From contig CAZCME010000016.1 in assembly GCA_964499705.1 (NCBI GenBank), positions 62,001 to 93,881 on the forward strand: a stretch of DNA of 31,881 nucleotides, given 5' to 3'. A program made the translations under genes and the position numbers. Below the pieces are notes generated by a model. It had not been told where the DNA came from. It was given only the letters and a program-made list of their open reading frames with translations, and searched no databases. Below are positions 24,981 to 31,881 of the stretch, piece by piece. This DNA is from an uncultured bacterium. GTDB taxonomy: Bacteria; UBA8481. How positions within the stretch are numbered: position 1 is the first letter of the stretch; the number at the start of each line of letters is the position of its first letter.

Positions 24981-25496
24981 GTGATTTTCCCTTTTGATCC
25001 TTCCAAGCCTCCCTTGTGCGATCTCTGCAAGCAGGCGCCCGCCGCGATCCAGTTCGTGGAGCAGCGCGGAACGGAAACGAGAAAAATCTCGATCTGCCAG
25101 GGCTGCGCCGCCAAGCAGGGGATCAGCCAGGATGGAAATTCGCTCACCTTCAATCTGCCCAGTCTCCTGGCCGCGATGTCCGGCATGGCAGGCGCCGCCA
25201 CCGAAGATCCGGTCTGCCCGGGATGCGGCCTGACGGGCGCGCAATTTCGCGAAGGCGGCCGGTTCGGATGCGCCCGTTGTTATGAAGTCTTCGAAGATAT
25301 CATCAAACCCATCATCAAGCGCGCACAGGCGGGGGAGGCGCATCGTGGTCTGGCGCCGGCTAGGCTGGCGCCTTCGCTGGAGAAATCCGAGATTGCCGAT
25401 CTGCGCCGGCAACTGGAGGAGAACGTCCGCGCCGAGAAATACGAGGAAGCGGCGCGGATCAGGGATCGCATCCGTGAACTGGATAAGAAATCGTGA
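24981..25496 (+). CDS. mcsA: McsA, protein-arginine kinase activator (four CxxC motifs plus UVR domain)
   Basis: CDLC, CQGC, CPGC, GRFGCARCY, and C-terminal UVR motif EKYEEAARIRDRIREL. Overlaps the mcsB start (GTGA). True start may be TTG 25014. Confidence 0.92.
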   Translation: MIFPFDPSKPPLCDLCKQAPAAIQFVEQRGTETRKISICQGCAAKQGISQDGNSLTFNLPSLLAAMSGMAGAATEDPVCPGCGLTGAQFREGGRFGCARCYEVFEDIIKPIIKRAQAGEAHRGLAPARLAPSLEKSEIADLRRQLEENVRAEKYEEAARIRDRIRELDKKS

Positions 25497-26548
25497 GCGA
25501 TGTCCTGGACCGGCTTGCCCGCAGTCCCGCGCGCTGGCTCTCCGCGCACGGCCCGGAAGTACGCGTCGTTCATTCCACGCGCGTCCGGCTGGCCAGGAAT
25601 CTCGAGAACATGCCTTTTCCCCGGATGGCGGACGCGGGCGTGTTGGAGCGCTTGAAGTACGAAGCTCGTAAACTCTGCGATGTGGCCCCCACCCTGAAAA
25701 CCATGAATGTCGTCGACCTCGACATCCTCGGTCCGCTGGATCGGGAGTTTCTCGTGGAGAGGCATCTTATTTCGCGCGAATTCGCCCAGGGCAACGGACG
25801 ACTTCTCCTGGTGGATGATTCCGAGAACGTCGCAATCATGGTGAACGAGGAAGATCACTTCCGCATCCAGGTGCTGCGGTCGGGCATGGACATCTTCGAC
25901 GCCTGGCAGATGCTGCGGACGATCGAACGCGACATGGACGGCCATGTGACCTTCGCGTTTCGACCTCCCTACGGCTATCTCACGTCCTGCCCCACGAACC
26001 TCGGTACAGGCATTCGCGTCTCCGCGCTCTGCCATCTCCCCGGCCTCGCCTACACCGGAGAAATGTCCGCTGTCTTCAACGCGGCGAACCAGGTCTCGAT
26101 CGCCGTGAGAGGATTTTACGGCGAAGGTTCCGATGTCGTGGGCAACTTCTTCCAGTTCTCCAACCGCGCGACGCTGGGGCGGAGCGAAGAGGAGATCATC
26201 AACGATCTCGAGAGCTGGGTCCGCCAGATCATCGACCGGGAACTCTCCGCGCGGGAGCGGATGAAGCAGAAGGACAAGATCGGCCTGGAGGACAAGGTAT
26301 TCCGCGCCTACGGCATTCTGACGACGGCTCGCGTTATGACGTCGACCGAGCTGATGAACTTGCTGTCGGTCGTCCGACTGGGAATCGATACCGGCCTCAT
26401 CACGTCGCCCGACCTCGGAGCGATCAACGCGATCCAGATGGCGTCCCAGCCCGCCCATCTGCAGAAGCTCGAAAAGATGGCGCTCTCGCCCTCGGAGCGC
26501 GACGTCGCGCGCGCCCGGTGCATTCGGGCGAAACTGTCCGGCGCGTGA
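25493..26548 (+). CDS. mcsB: McsB protein-arginine kinase
   Basis: STRVRLARNL, LVERHLIS, IMVNEEDHFRIQ, GYLTSCPTNLGTGIRVS, VRGFYGEGS, FQFSNRATLG, QPAHLQ, RDVARA. Directly follows mcsA. Confidence 0.96.
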   Translation: MSDVLDRLARSPARWLSAHGPEVRVVHSTRVRLARNLENMPFPRMADAGVLERLKYEARKLCDVAPTLKTMNVVDLDILGPLDREFLVERHLISREFAQGNGRLLLVDDSENVAIMVNEEDHFRIQVLRSGMDIFDAWQMLRTIERDMDGHVTFAFRPPYGYLTSCPTNLGTGIRVSALCHLPGLAYTGEMSAVFNAANQVSIAVRGFYGEGSDVVGNFFQFSNRATLGRSEEEIINDLESWVRQIIDRELSARERMKQKDKIGLEDKVFRAYGILTTARVMTSTELMNLLSVVRLGIDTGLITSPDLGAINAIQMASQPAHLQKLEKMALSPSERDVARARCIRAKLSGA

Positions 26549-26566
26549 GGCGCCGTAATAATCGAA

Positions 26567-27136
26567 CTATTTCGGCTTGGCAGGAGGCTTTGGCGCTGGT
26601 TTCACGGCAGGTTTGGGTTGTTCGATAGTGACCATGCCCCAGCTCGCCAGCGTAGCCTCATCGAGTCCGCAGGAATTCAGGAGCGCGATGAAGGCGGGCT
26701 CATCGGAAGATTTCAAGTAGGCGAGGTAGCCGCCTCCCAGGAGAAGCACGATGACAATCACGATGAAAGCGGGGGATGGGCCTCGGCGGCCGGATTTTCC
26801 GGAGTCCTCCTTGGCCTGAGGCATTAAACTGCGCGTCGCTGAACCAGGCCCGGGACGGGGATCGGCGGCAACAAGCGTCGCTGCCCGCAACGCTTCCGGC
26901 GTCGGCTCGGGAGGTTTCGTGGGGGCAGGTTGAACCTGAATCGGTGGAAGCGGCGGCGCGCCACCGGTCAGTTCCGGAAGATCACCGATCCGTTTCCATT
27001 CCGCGAATCCGTCCCTCCAGACGCTCCAGTCCGCAGTGATGGATCCTGCCGCCAGCCATTCTTTCAATTGCGCGGTCGTGTAAGGCCCCGACTGCCCCTC
27101 CGCAGTATAGAGAAACCACGATTCCGAATCGCTCAT
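26567..27136 (-). CDS. GYF_2 (DUF4339) domain single-pass membrane protein
   Basis: WFLY..GQSGPY..QLKEWLAAGSI..VWRDGFAEWKRIGDLPEL, then a Pro-rich linker, one TM helix (FIVIVIVLLLGGGYLAY) and a Pro/Lys tail. Start placed at ATG 27136, not TTG 27172. Confidence 0.82.
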   Translation of the reverse strand: MSDSESWFLYTAEGQSGPYTTAQLKEWLAAGSITADWSVWRDGFAEWKRIGDLPELTGGAPPLPPIQVQPAPTKPPEPTPEALRAATLVAADPRPGPGSATRSLMPQAKEDSGKSGRRGPSPAFIVIVIVLLLGGGYLAYLKSSDEPAFIALLNSCGLDEATLASWGMVTIEQPKPAVKPAPKPPAKPK

Positions 27137-27143
27137 GCAGGCC

Positions 27144-27172
27144 AGTCTAGGGCTGGGAGCCCATTCCGTCAA
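27144..27172 (-). promoter_or_regulatory. Sigma70-type promoter predicting a leaderless transcript of the GYF_2 gene
   Basis: Minus strand TTGACG (27172-27167), 17 nt, TAGACT (27149-27144), 7 nt, ATG (27136). No SD sequence. Confidence 0.7.
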
Positions 27173-27283
27173 ACGCGCATGTTTGCCGTGTCCTCAGCGG
27201 TATATCGAATACAGGGCGGTTTTACGTCGATGCTTCGTGAGCATCCATAATTCGCGCGTAACGAAACATCGCAGGGAATTGTT

Positions 27284-27371
27284 CATCAGTCATTGTTCGT
27301 TCACCATCCATCATTGAAATGTCCAAATATGATGATTTCGCTGGCCAATGGCGAACGAACAATGACTGATG
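27284..27371. repeat. 24-bp inverted repeat with 7-nt periodic arms
   Basis: CATCAGTCATTGTTCGTTCACCAT (27284-27307) matches the reverse complement of ATGGCGAACGAACAATGACTGATG (27348-27371) at 23/24. The 40-nt loop holds an inner CATCAT/ATGATG stem. Confidence 0.75.
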
Positions 27372-27503
27372 TCGAATGGCGCATCGCATGAGACAGAGCG
27401 TTGACGCATATTCCGCGGTCACGCCGATGCTCCGCGAGCCATTTCATGATCGAGGCGCATGGGATAGGATGCTCCGGATGCGCCGCGTCATGGACTCCTT
27501 GTA

Positions 27504-28466
27504 ATGTCATTCGGGCTTTCTCTCATTGTCAGAAACGGCGCCCGCACGCTTCGACGCGCTCTGGCTCCGTTCCGGGGAATCGTGGATGAGATCGTCGCCG
27601 TCGATACCGGCTCCACGGATGACACGATCCCCCTGCTCGAGGAATTCGGCGCGCGCATCGTGATGAGCGAGTGGCGCGATGACTTCGGCGCCGCGCGCAA
27701 TCTCGCTCTCGAGCACGGGACCGCTGACTGGTTCTTATCCCTGGACGCTGATGAGTGGGTTGATCCCGGCGATGCGATGCGCCTCCGTGATCTGGTCCGG
27801 GGCGATGCGGACGCCTATGTGATCGATACGATGAATTTCCTCACGTCCAGCGACGCCGGCACGTTTCCCACTGTCGGCGCCGACCGAGGCATCGCTCCCT
27901 TCTTCGCGATTTCCTCCAAGATCCGCCTCGCTCGCCGGACCCACGAGGATTCGCGCATTCGATGGGAAGGTGCGGTGCACGAACTGCTGGATTACTCGGC
28001 GCGGCGCGCGGGTTACAGGATCGCGCATGCGCCGGTCTTTATCCGACATGATGGCTTCTTCGGCAAGAGAGCTTCCACGTATTACGAGGATCTCTGCCGG
28101 AAATCCTGGCGTGAGGGTACCGCTCATCCTGGTATCCTGACGACGCTTGGCGTCATCGCGTTATCCCGCCATGACACGTTGGAAGCGGAGACGATGTTGC
28201 GGGAGGCCATGACGATGGACGATCGATTCGATCGGCCCGTGATCTGGCTTGGGAGAATGCTGCAGCGGATCGGGCGATCCGATGAGGCTGTGGCGGTTCT
28301 CATGGCGGGCATGAAGAAATGTCCTCCCTCGGCGGAGCTGACATGTCTCCTGATCGATGTATTCAGGGAGCGGGGCGAGATAACCTCGGCGGCGGCGTTC
28401 CTGGATGTGGCGCGGAAGCTCTTCGCGGATTCTCCGTGGCTCGCGCGACTCGAAGCGAGGGATTAG
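27504..28466 (+). CDS. Family 2 glycosyltransferase with C-terminal TPR-like helices
   Basis: LSLIVRNG, DEIVAVDTGSTDDT, WRDDFGAARN, WFLSLDADE, WEGAVHE, IRHDG, followed by TPR-like LG..L...G...EA helices. Stop overlaps the convergent purD stop. Confidence 0.88.
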   Translation: MSFGLSLIVRNGARTLRRALAPFRGIVDEIVAVDTGSTDDTIPLLEEFGARIVMSEWRDDFGAARNLALEHGTADWFLSLDADEWVDPGDAMRLRDLVRGDADAYVIDTMNFLTSSDAGTFPTVGADRGIAPFFAISSKIRLARRTHEDSRIRWEGAVHELLDYSARRAGYRIAHAPVFIRHDGFFGKRASTYYEDLCRKSWREGTAHPGILTTLGVIALSRHDTLEAETMLREAMTMDDRFDRPVIWLGRMLQRIGRSDEAVAVLMAGMKKCPPSAELTCLLIDVFRERGEITSAAAFLDVARKLFADSPWLARLEARD

Positions 28467-29719
28467 GCGAGGCCGCGCATTCCGATGTCTCCGCGAAAAT
28501 GCATTCCTTCGAACGTGATCATCTGAACCGCGCGATACGCTTTATCCCGCGACTCCTCGAATGTCCTTCCGAAGCCGACGATGGATGCCACGCGTCCGCC
28601 GGTCGTCACGACATGATTTTCTTTGGCCACTCCCGAGAGAAAGGCGATCGCGCCGGTCGTTTCCCACCGGCGCATGAGTGCTCCGTCGATGATCTTCCCT
28701 TTCTCGAATGCTCCGGGATACCCTCCGCTTGCGACAACGACGCATGTGGTGAATTCCGGCGATTCGCCGAGGCCTGATGCGTCGAGCTCGCCGCGCGCGG
28801 CGGAGAGAAGCGCATCCGCGAGATTCCCCGTGATGCGCGGCAGGACGGACTGGGCTTCCGGATCTCCAAAGCGGCAGTTGAATTCCACGACACTCGGCTC
28901 TTCCCTTTCGACCATGATCCCGGCATAGAGGAGTCCGCGGTATCCGCCGGGCACCTTTTCGCGCAGCGCTTCGAGAAGGGGAAGCAGTATCCGATCGCGG
29001 ACGCGATCCAGGACGCGCGGAGTGATGACGGGCGTCGGCGAGATCGCCCCCATGCCGCCTGTGTTGGGACCCTTGTCTCCGTCGTGCACCTGCTTGTGAT
29101 CTTCCGATGTCGGCAGAATGTGCATCCGCGTACCGTCGGTGATCGCCAGCACGGTCGCTTCGCGGCCGGTCAGGAATTGTTCGAGAAGAACCTGCGAACC
29201 TGCGTCGCCGAATTTTTTCTGAACGAAGGCGTCGTCGAGCGCCGAGCGCGCTTCCTCCGGGTCGGATGCGATCATGACGCCCTTGCCCTGGGCCAGACCG
29301 TCGACCTTCACGACGACCGGACCGCCTGGCCAGGAATCCAGGGCGCGCAGTCCCTCATCGAGCGACCGCACGATCTCTGACCGCGCGGTCGGAATTCCCT
29401 TCAGCGCCATCAGTTCCTTCGAGAAGATCTTGCTCGATTCGATCCGCGCGCCCGCGGCTCCGGGGCCGAAGACGGCGAAGCCCTTCGCGCGGAGCCTGTC
29501 GGCAAGGCCGTCGGCGAGAGGCGTCTCCGGGCCGACGACGACCAGGTCCGGCTTGAAATAATCGGCGGCGGCTTCGGGTGTTCCGTCGAGGTTCTTGCCC
29601 CAGCGGAGCGTGCCCAGGTTGCCGGGTACCGTGGCGAGATCGGCGACATTACCGTCGCGCGTGAGGCGCCACGCGAGCGCGTCTTCACGCGCTCCGGATC
29701 CGACGATGAGTATCTTCAT
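28463..29719 (-). CDS. purD: Phosphoribosylamine--glycine ligase
   Basis: MKILIVGSGAREDALAW, VVGPETPL, IESSKIFSK, VVKVDGLAQGKGV, EQFLTGRE, EDHKQVHDGDKGPNTGGMGA, VEFNCRFGDPE, VVASGGYP, TTGGRV, FRGDIG. ATG 29719 overlaps the purN stop (ATGA). Confidence 0.96.
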   Translation of the reverse strand: MKILIVGSGAREDALAWRLTRDGNVADLATVPGNLGTLRWGKNLDGTPEAAADYFKPDLVVVGPETPLADGLADRLRAKGFAVFGPGAAGARIESSKIFSKELMALKGIPTARSEIVRSLDEGLRALDSWPGGPVVVKVDGLAQGKGVMIASDPEEARSALDDAFVQKKFGDAGSQVLLEQFLTGREATVLAITDGTRMHILPTSEDHKQVHDGDKGPNTGGMGAISPTPVITPRVLDRVRDRILLPLLEALREKVPGGYRGLLYAGIMVEREEPSVVEFNCRFGDPEAQSVLPRITGNLADALLSAARGELDASGLGESPEFTTCVVVASGGYPGAFEKGKIIDGALMRRWETTGAIAFLSGVAKENHVVTTGGRVASIVGFGRTFEESRDKAYRAVQMITFEGMHFRGDIGMRGLA

Positions 29720-30348
29720 GGAGCCACTTTTCTTTCCGATGAACGTGCTCCCGTGATGGGAAGACCGATCTCCCCGATCGCGATCCGTCGAACGACATCG
29801 GGAAGCAGCTGATGTTCCGCGGCATGAATCCGCGCTTCGAGCGTTTCCAGGGTATCGGACGGCTCGATCCGGACCGCCCGCTGCTCGATGATCGGACCCG
29901 CGTCCACTACGTTCACAACCGCGTGAACCGTGCATCCCGTGATTTTCACGCCGGATTTCCACGCGTCGCTGATGCCATGAGCTCCGGGGAAGGCGGGAAG
30001 AAGTGATGGGTGGATGTTGATAATGCGTCCGGAGTAGTGATTTGTGAACCAGGGGGAGAGAATGCGCATGTATCCCGCAAGAACGATGAGCGCGCAATGC
30101 GCCGCGTCGACGCGCTCGCCGATTTGCCGTTCGAAGTCTTCCTTGGAATCGTAATCCTTCGGTTGAAAAGCGAATGTCGGAATGCCTGCGGAGGCCGCTC
30201 GTTCGAGCGCGCGGCAGGCCGGGCGGTCGGAGACGACAAGCGCAATCTCAGCGTTACGAGACTCGCCGTCGGGTGCAGCCGGACGGGCGGCATCGATAAG
30301 AGCCTGGAGGTTTGATCCGTTGCCGGAGCAGAAGACGGCGATCTTCAT
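29716..30348 (-). CDS. purN: Phosphoribosylglycinamide formyltransferase
   Basis: MKIAVFCSGNGSNLQALIDA, IVLAGYMRILSP, IINIHPSLLPAFPG, GVKITGCTVH, DAGPII, RIHAAEH. In-frame GTG 30351 is an alternative start. Confidence 0.96.
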   Translation of the reverse strand: MKIAVFCSGNGSNLQALIDAARPAAPDGESRNAEIALVVSDRPACRALERAASAGIPTFAFQPKDYDSKEDFERQIGERVDAAHCALIVLAGYMRILSPWFTNHYSGRIINIHPSLLPAFPGAHGISDAWKSGVKITGCTVHAVVNVVDAGPIIEQRAVRIEPSDTLETLEARIHAAEHQLLPDVVRRIAIGEIGLPITGARSSERKVAP

Positions 30349-30359
30349 CACGGCGGAGG

Positions 30360-30368
30360 ATTGTATCA
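30360..30368 (-). promoter_or_regulatory. Extended -10 promoter (TGnTACAAT) for purN-purD
   Basis: Minus strand TG-A-TACAAT at 30368-30360, 8 nt before the in-frame GTG 30351. No SD sequence. Confidence 0.55.
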
Positions 30369-30519
30369 CCGGAAGCGTGCAAGATGCACGTACGACTCCT
30401 CGACACCGGATTTACACGCTCCCGTTCCGATCATCCATCACTCTTCATGATGGTCGAGGCGCGATAATGAGTGCCTGAATCGTTGAACTCCTCTATTCTG
30501 AATGTTGGAATGTTGGAGA

Positions 30520-30903
30520 ATGACCCTCTTTTCGACAGGTGCGATCCTCGCTTTTCTCGGCGTGGCGGCCGGCGCTTTTGGAGCGCATGGTCTGAAGGAC
30601 TGGTTTCACTCCGTGCCGGAGCTCCTGCCGATCTATCAGACCGCCGTCCAGTACCAGATGTATCACTCCATCGGAATTCTCCTCGCTTCGACCAGGGCAA
30701 AGCCTCCTCTTCGCGCCGCGCGCTGGGCCGGGTACTGCTTCATCGCGGGAATCCTGATCTTCAGCGGATCCCTGTATGCGATCGCCCTCGATGCTCCGAA
30801 GAAGCTGGGAATGATAACTCCCATCGGGGGTGTCGCCTTCCTGTCCGGTTGGATACTCTTGGCGGTTTCCGCGTGGGGCGAAGAGAAACGGGATCCGGAC
30901 TGA
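30520..30903 (+). CDS. DUF423 (YgdD/TMEM256) family small membrane protein
   Basis: GVAAGAFGAHGL, YQTAVQYQMYH, GILIFSGSLY, LGMITPIGGVAFLSGW. Confidence 0.9.
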   Translation: MTLFSTGAILAFLGVAAGAFGAHGLKDWFHSVPELLPIYQTAVQYQMYHSIGILLASTRAKPPLRAARWAGYCFIAGILIFSGSLYAIALDAPKKLGMITPIGGVAFLSGWILLAVSAWGEEKRDPD

Positions 30904-30910
30904 TTACGGT

Positions 30911-31669
30911 ATGACGGATTCACATCGATGCGTGATCACAGGGCTCCGCGGCACGCTTGCCCCCCATTTCGCCGCTGCTTTTTCCGCATGCGGTTATGAA
31001 ATCATCGGTTGGAACCGCGAGTTCGTTCCGCCGGAGGATAAGCCGCGCTGCAACTCATGGCTTGAAGAAATCCGGCCCGATGCGATCTGTCACCTGGCTC
31101 AGGGATCCGAGACATGGGGCGCGGTCCTGGCCGCGCACGCGCATCGCCAATCGATCCCGTTTCTCTTCACGAGCTCGGCTATGGTTTTTCATCACGATCC
31201 CGACGGACCACATCGTCCCGACGACGCGCGCACAGCGCGGGATGAATACGGCCTTTACAAGATCCGCTGCGAGGATCTGATCCGCCGGGAGAATCCGCGT
31301 TCGATCATCGTCCGCATCGGCTGGCAGATCGATTCGAACGCCAGGGGCAACAACATGATGGCCCATCTCGATCGCCAGCAGAAAGAATCCGGATGCATTG
31401 GAGCCAGCCGGAACTGGATCCCCGCGTGTTCCTTCATGGAAGATACGGCGTCGGCATGTCGACAGCTCATGGAAAATGCGCAGGCAGGCATCTACCACCT
31501 GGACAGTAATGCTGGCGATCGCTGGAGCTTCGACCGGATTGTCGGAGGCTTGAAGAAAAAGTACACGCGCGATGAATGGGTCATCGTGCCGAACGAGGAT
31601 TATCGCCACGACCAGAGGCTCGTCGGCCATGAGCAGCTTATGCCGCTGATTTCAGCTCGGCTGATCTGA
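30911..31669 (+). CDS. Extended SDR, RmlD (dTDP-4-dehydrorhamnose reductase)-like sugar-nucleotide-binding protein
   Basis: Rossmann VITGLRGTLA, IRPDAICHLA, FTSSAMVF, catalytic YGLYK, IVRIGW, GIYHL. Start ATG 30911. Confidence 0.75.
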   Translation: MTDSHRCVITGLRGTLAPHFAAAFSACGYEIIGWNREFVPPEDKPRCNSWLEEIRPDAICHLAQGSETWGAVLAAHAHRQSIPFLFTSSAMVFHHDPDGPHRPDDARTARDEYGLYKIRCEDLIRRENPRSIIVRIGWQIDSNARGNNMMAHLDRQQKESGCIGASRNWIPACSFMEDTASACRQLMENAQAGIYHLDSNAGDRWSFDRIVGGLKKKYTRDEWVIVPNEDYRHDQRLVGHEQLMPLISARLI

Positions 31670-31774
31670 ACCAAGCCATGGATGCATGGCAATATCGTGA
31701 TGCGTTAATCGGCTGAAGAATTTCGACGCCATGACGAAAGCAGGGGGCCCGTTCAGGTCACGCTCAGGGCTTAG

Positions 31775-31802
31775 ACAACAAGAGCCTCCCGAAGGAGGCT
31801 CT
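31775..31802 (-). terminator. Rho-independent terminator downstream of the tRNA
   Basis: Minus strand 9-bp stem AGAGCCTCC-TTCG-GGAGGCTCT (31802-31781, cUUCGg loop) followed by TGTTGT, 18 nt after the tRNA CCA. Confidence 0.7.
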
Positions 31803-31820
31803 CGGAAAACATAAGTTCAA

Positions 31821-31881
<61 letters not shown>

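Noticed and set aside
27135-27589. Short ORFs of 60-70 aa in the GYF_2/GT2 intergenic region
   Set aside because: No SD or recognisable motifs. They run across the promoter and hairpin element that better explain the region.
29720-30097. 126-aa N-terminal extension of PurD in the ORF track
   Set aside because: Overlaps purN in another frame. The real start is ATG 29719, coupled to the purN stop, so this is not a PurN-PurD fusion.
30500-30522. AATGTTGG tandem duplication and TTGAAC-17-TGGAAT promoter-like spacing before DUF423
   Set aside because: Only two copies, no partner arm, and the -10 candidate lacks the conserved A.

Overview
GC-rich bacterial chromosomal segment from a diderm organism (Lol transporter genes plus mcsA/mcsB; the lineage cannot be fixed from sequence alone). 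The housekeeping backbone is a 5'-truncated HD-GYP gene, lysS, lolC/E, lolD, ilvE, mcsA, mcsB, a GYF_2 membrane protein, a GT2-TPR glycosyltransferase, purD, purN, DUF423, an RmlD-like SDR and a truncated initiator tRNA-Met. Between lolC/E and lolD lie about 19.7 kb of accessory DNA: an orphan neuB-like gene and, on the minus strand, a LacI-family regulator whose stop overlaps (ATGA) the start of a 17.2-kb gene for a 5731-aa secreted protein. Its order is signal peptide, CBM6, GH16 with an intact EIDIME motif, four ~100-aa repeats, about 33 FN3-like modules (many as alternating A/B pairs) interrupted by a ~670-aa parallel beta-helix, a ZU5/GPS-like HFT motif, and a FlgD-Ig/T9SS-like C-terminal domain. 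Two perfect tandem 14-bp palindromes sit over the predicted lacI promoter. The best candidate for an undescribed system is this repressor-controlled beta-glucanase on a very long stalk that is strongly enriched in D-[S/T] and may be glycosylated. Also seen: three intergenic inverted-repeat elements with 7- or 8-nt periodic arms, and promoter geometry suggesting leaderless transcripts. Domain calls come from motif reading by eye; no database searches were run.
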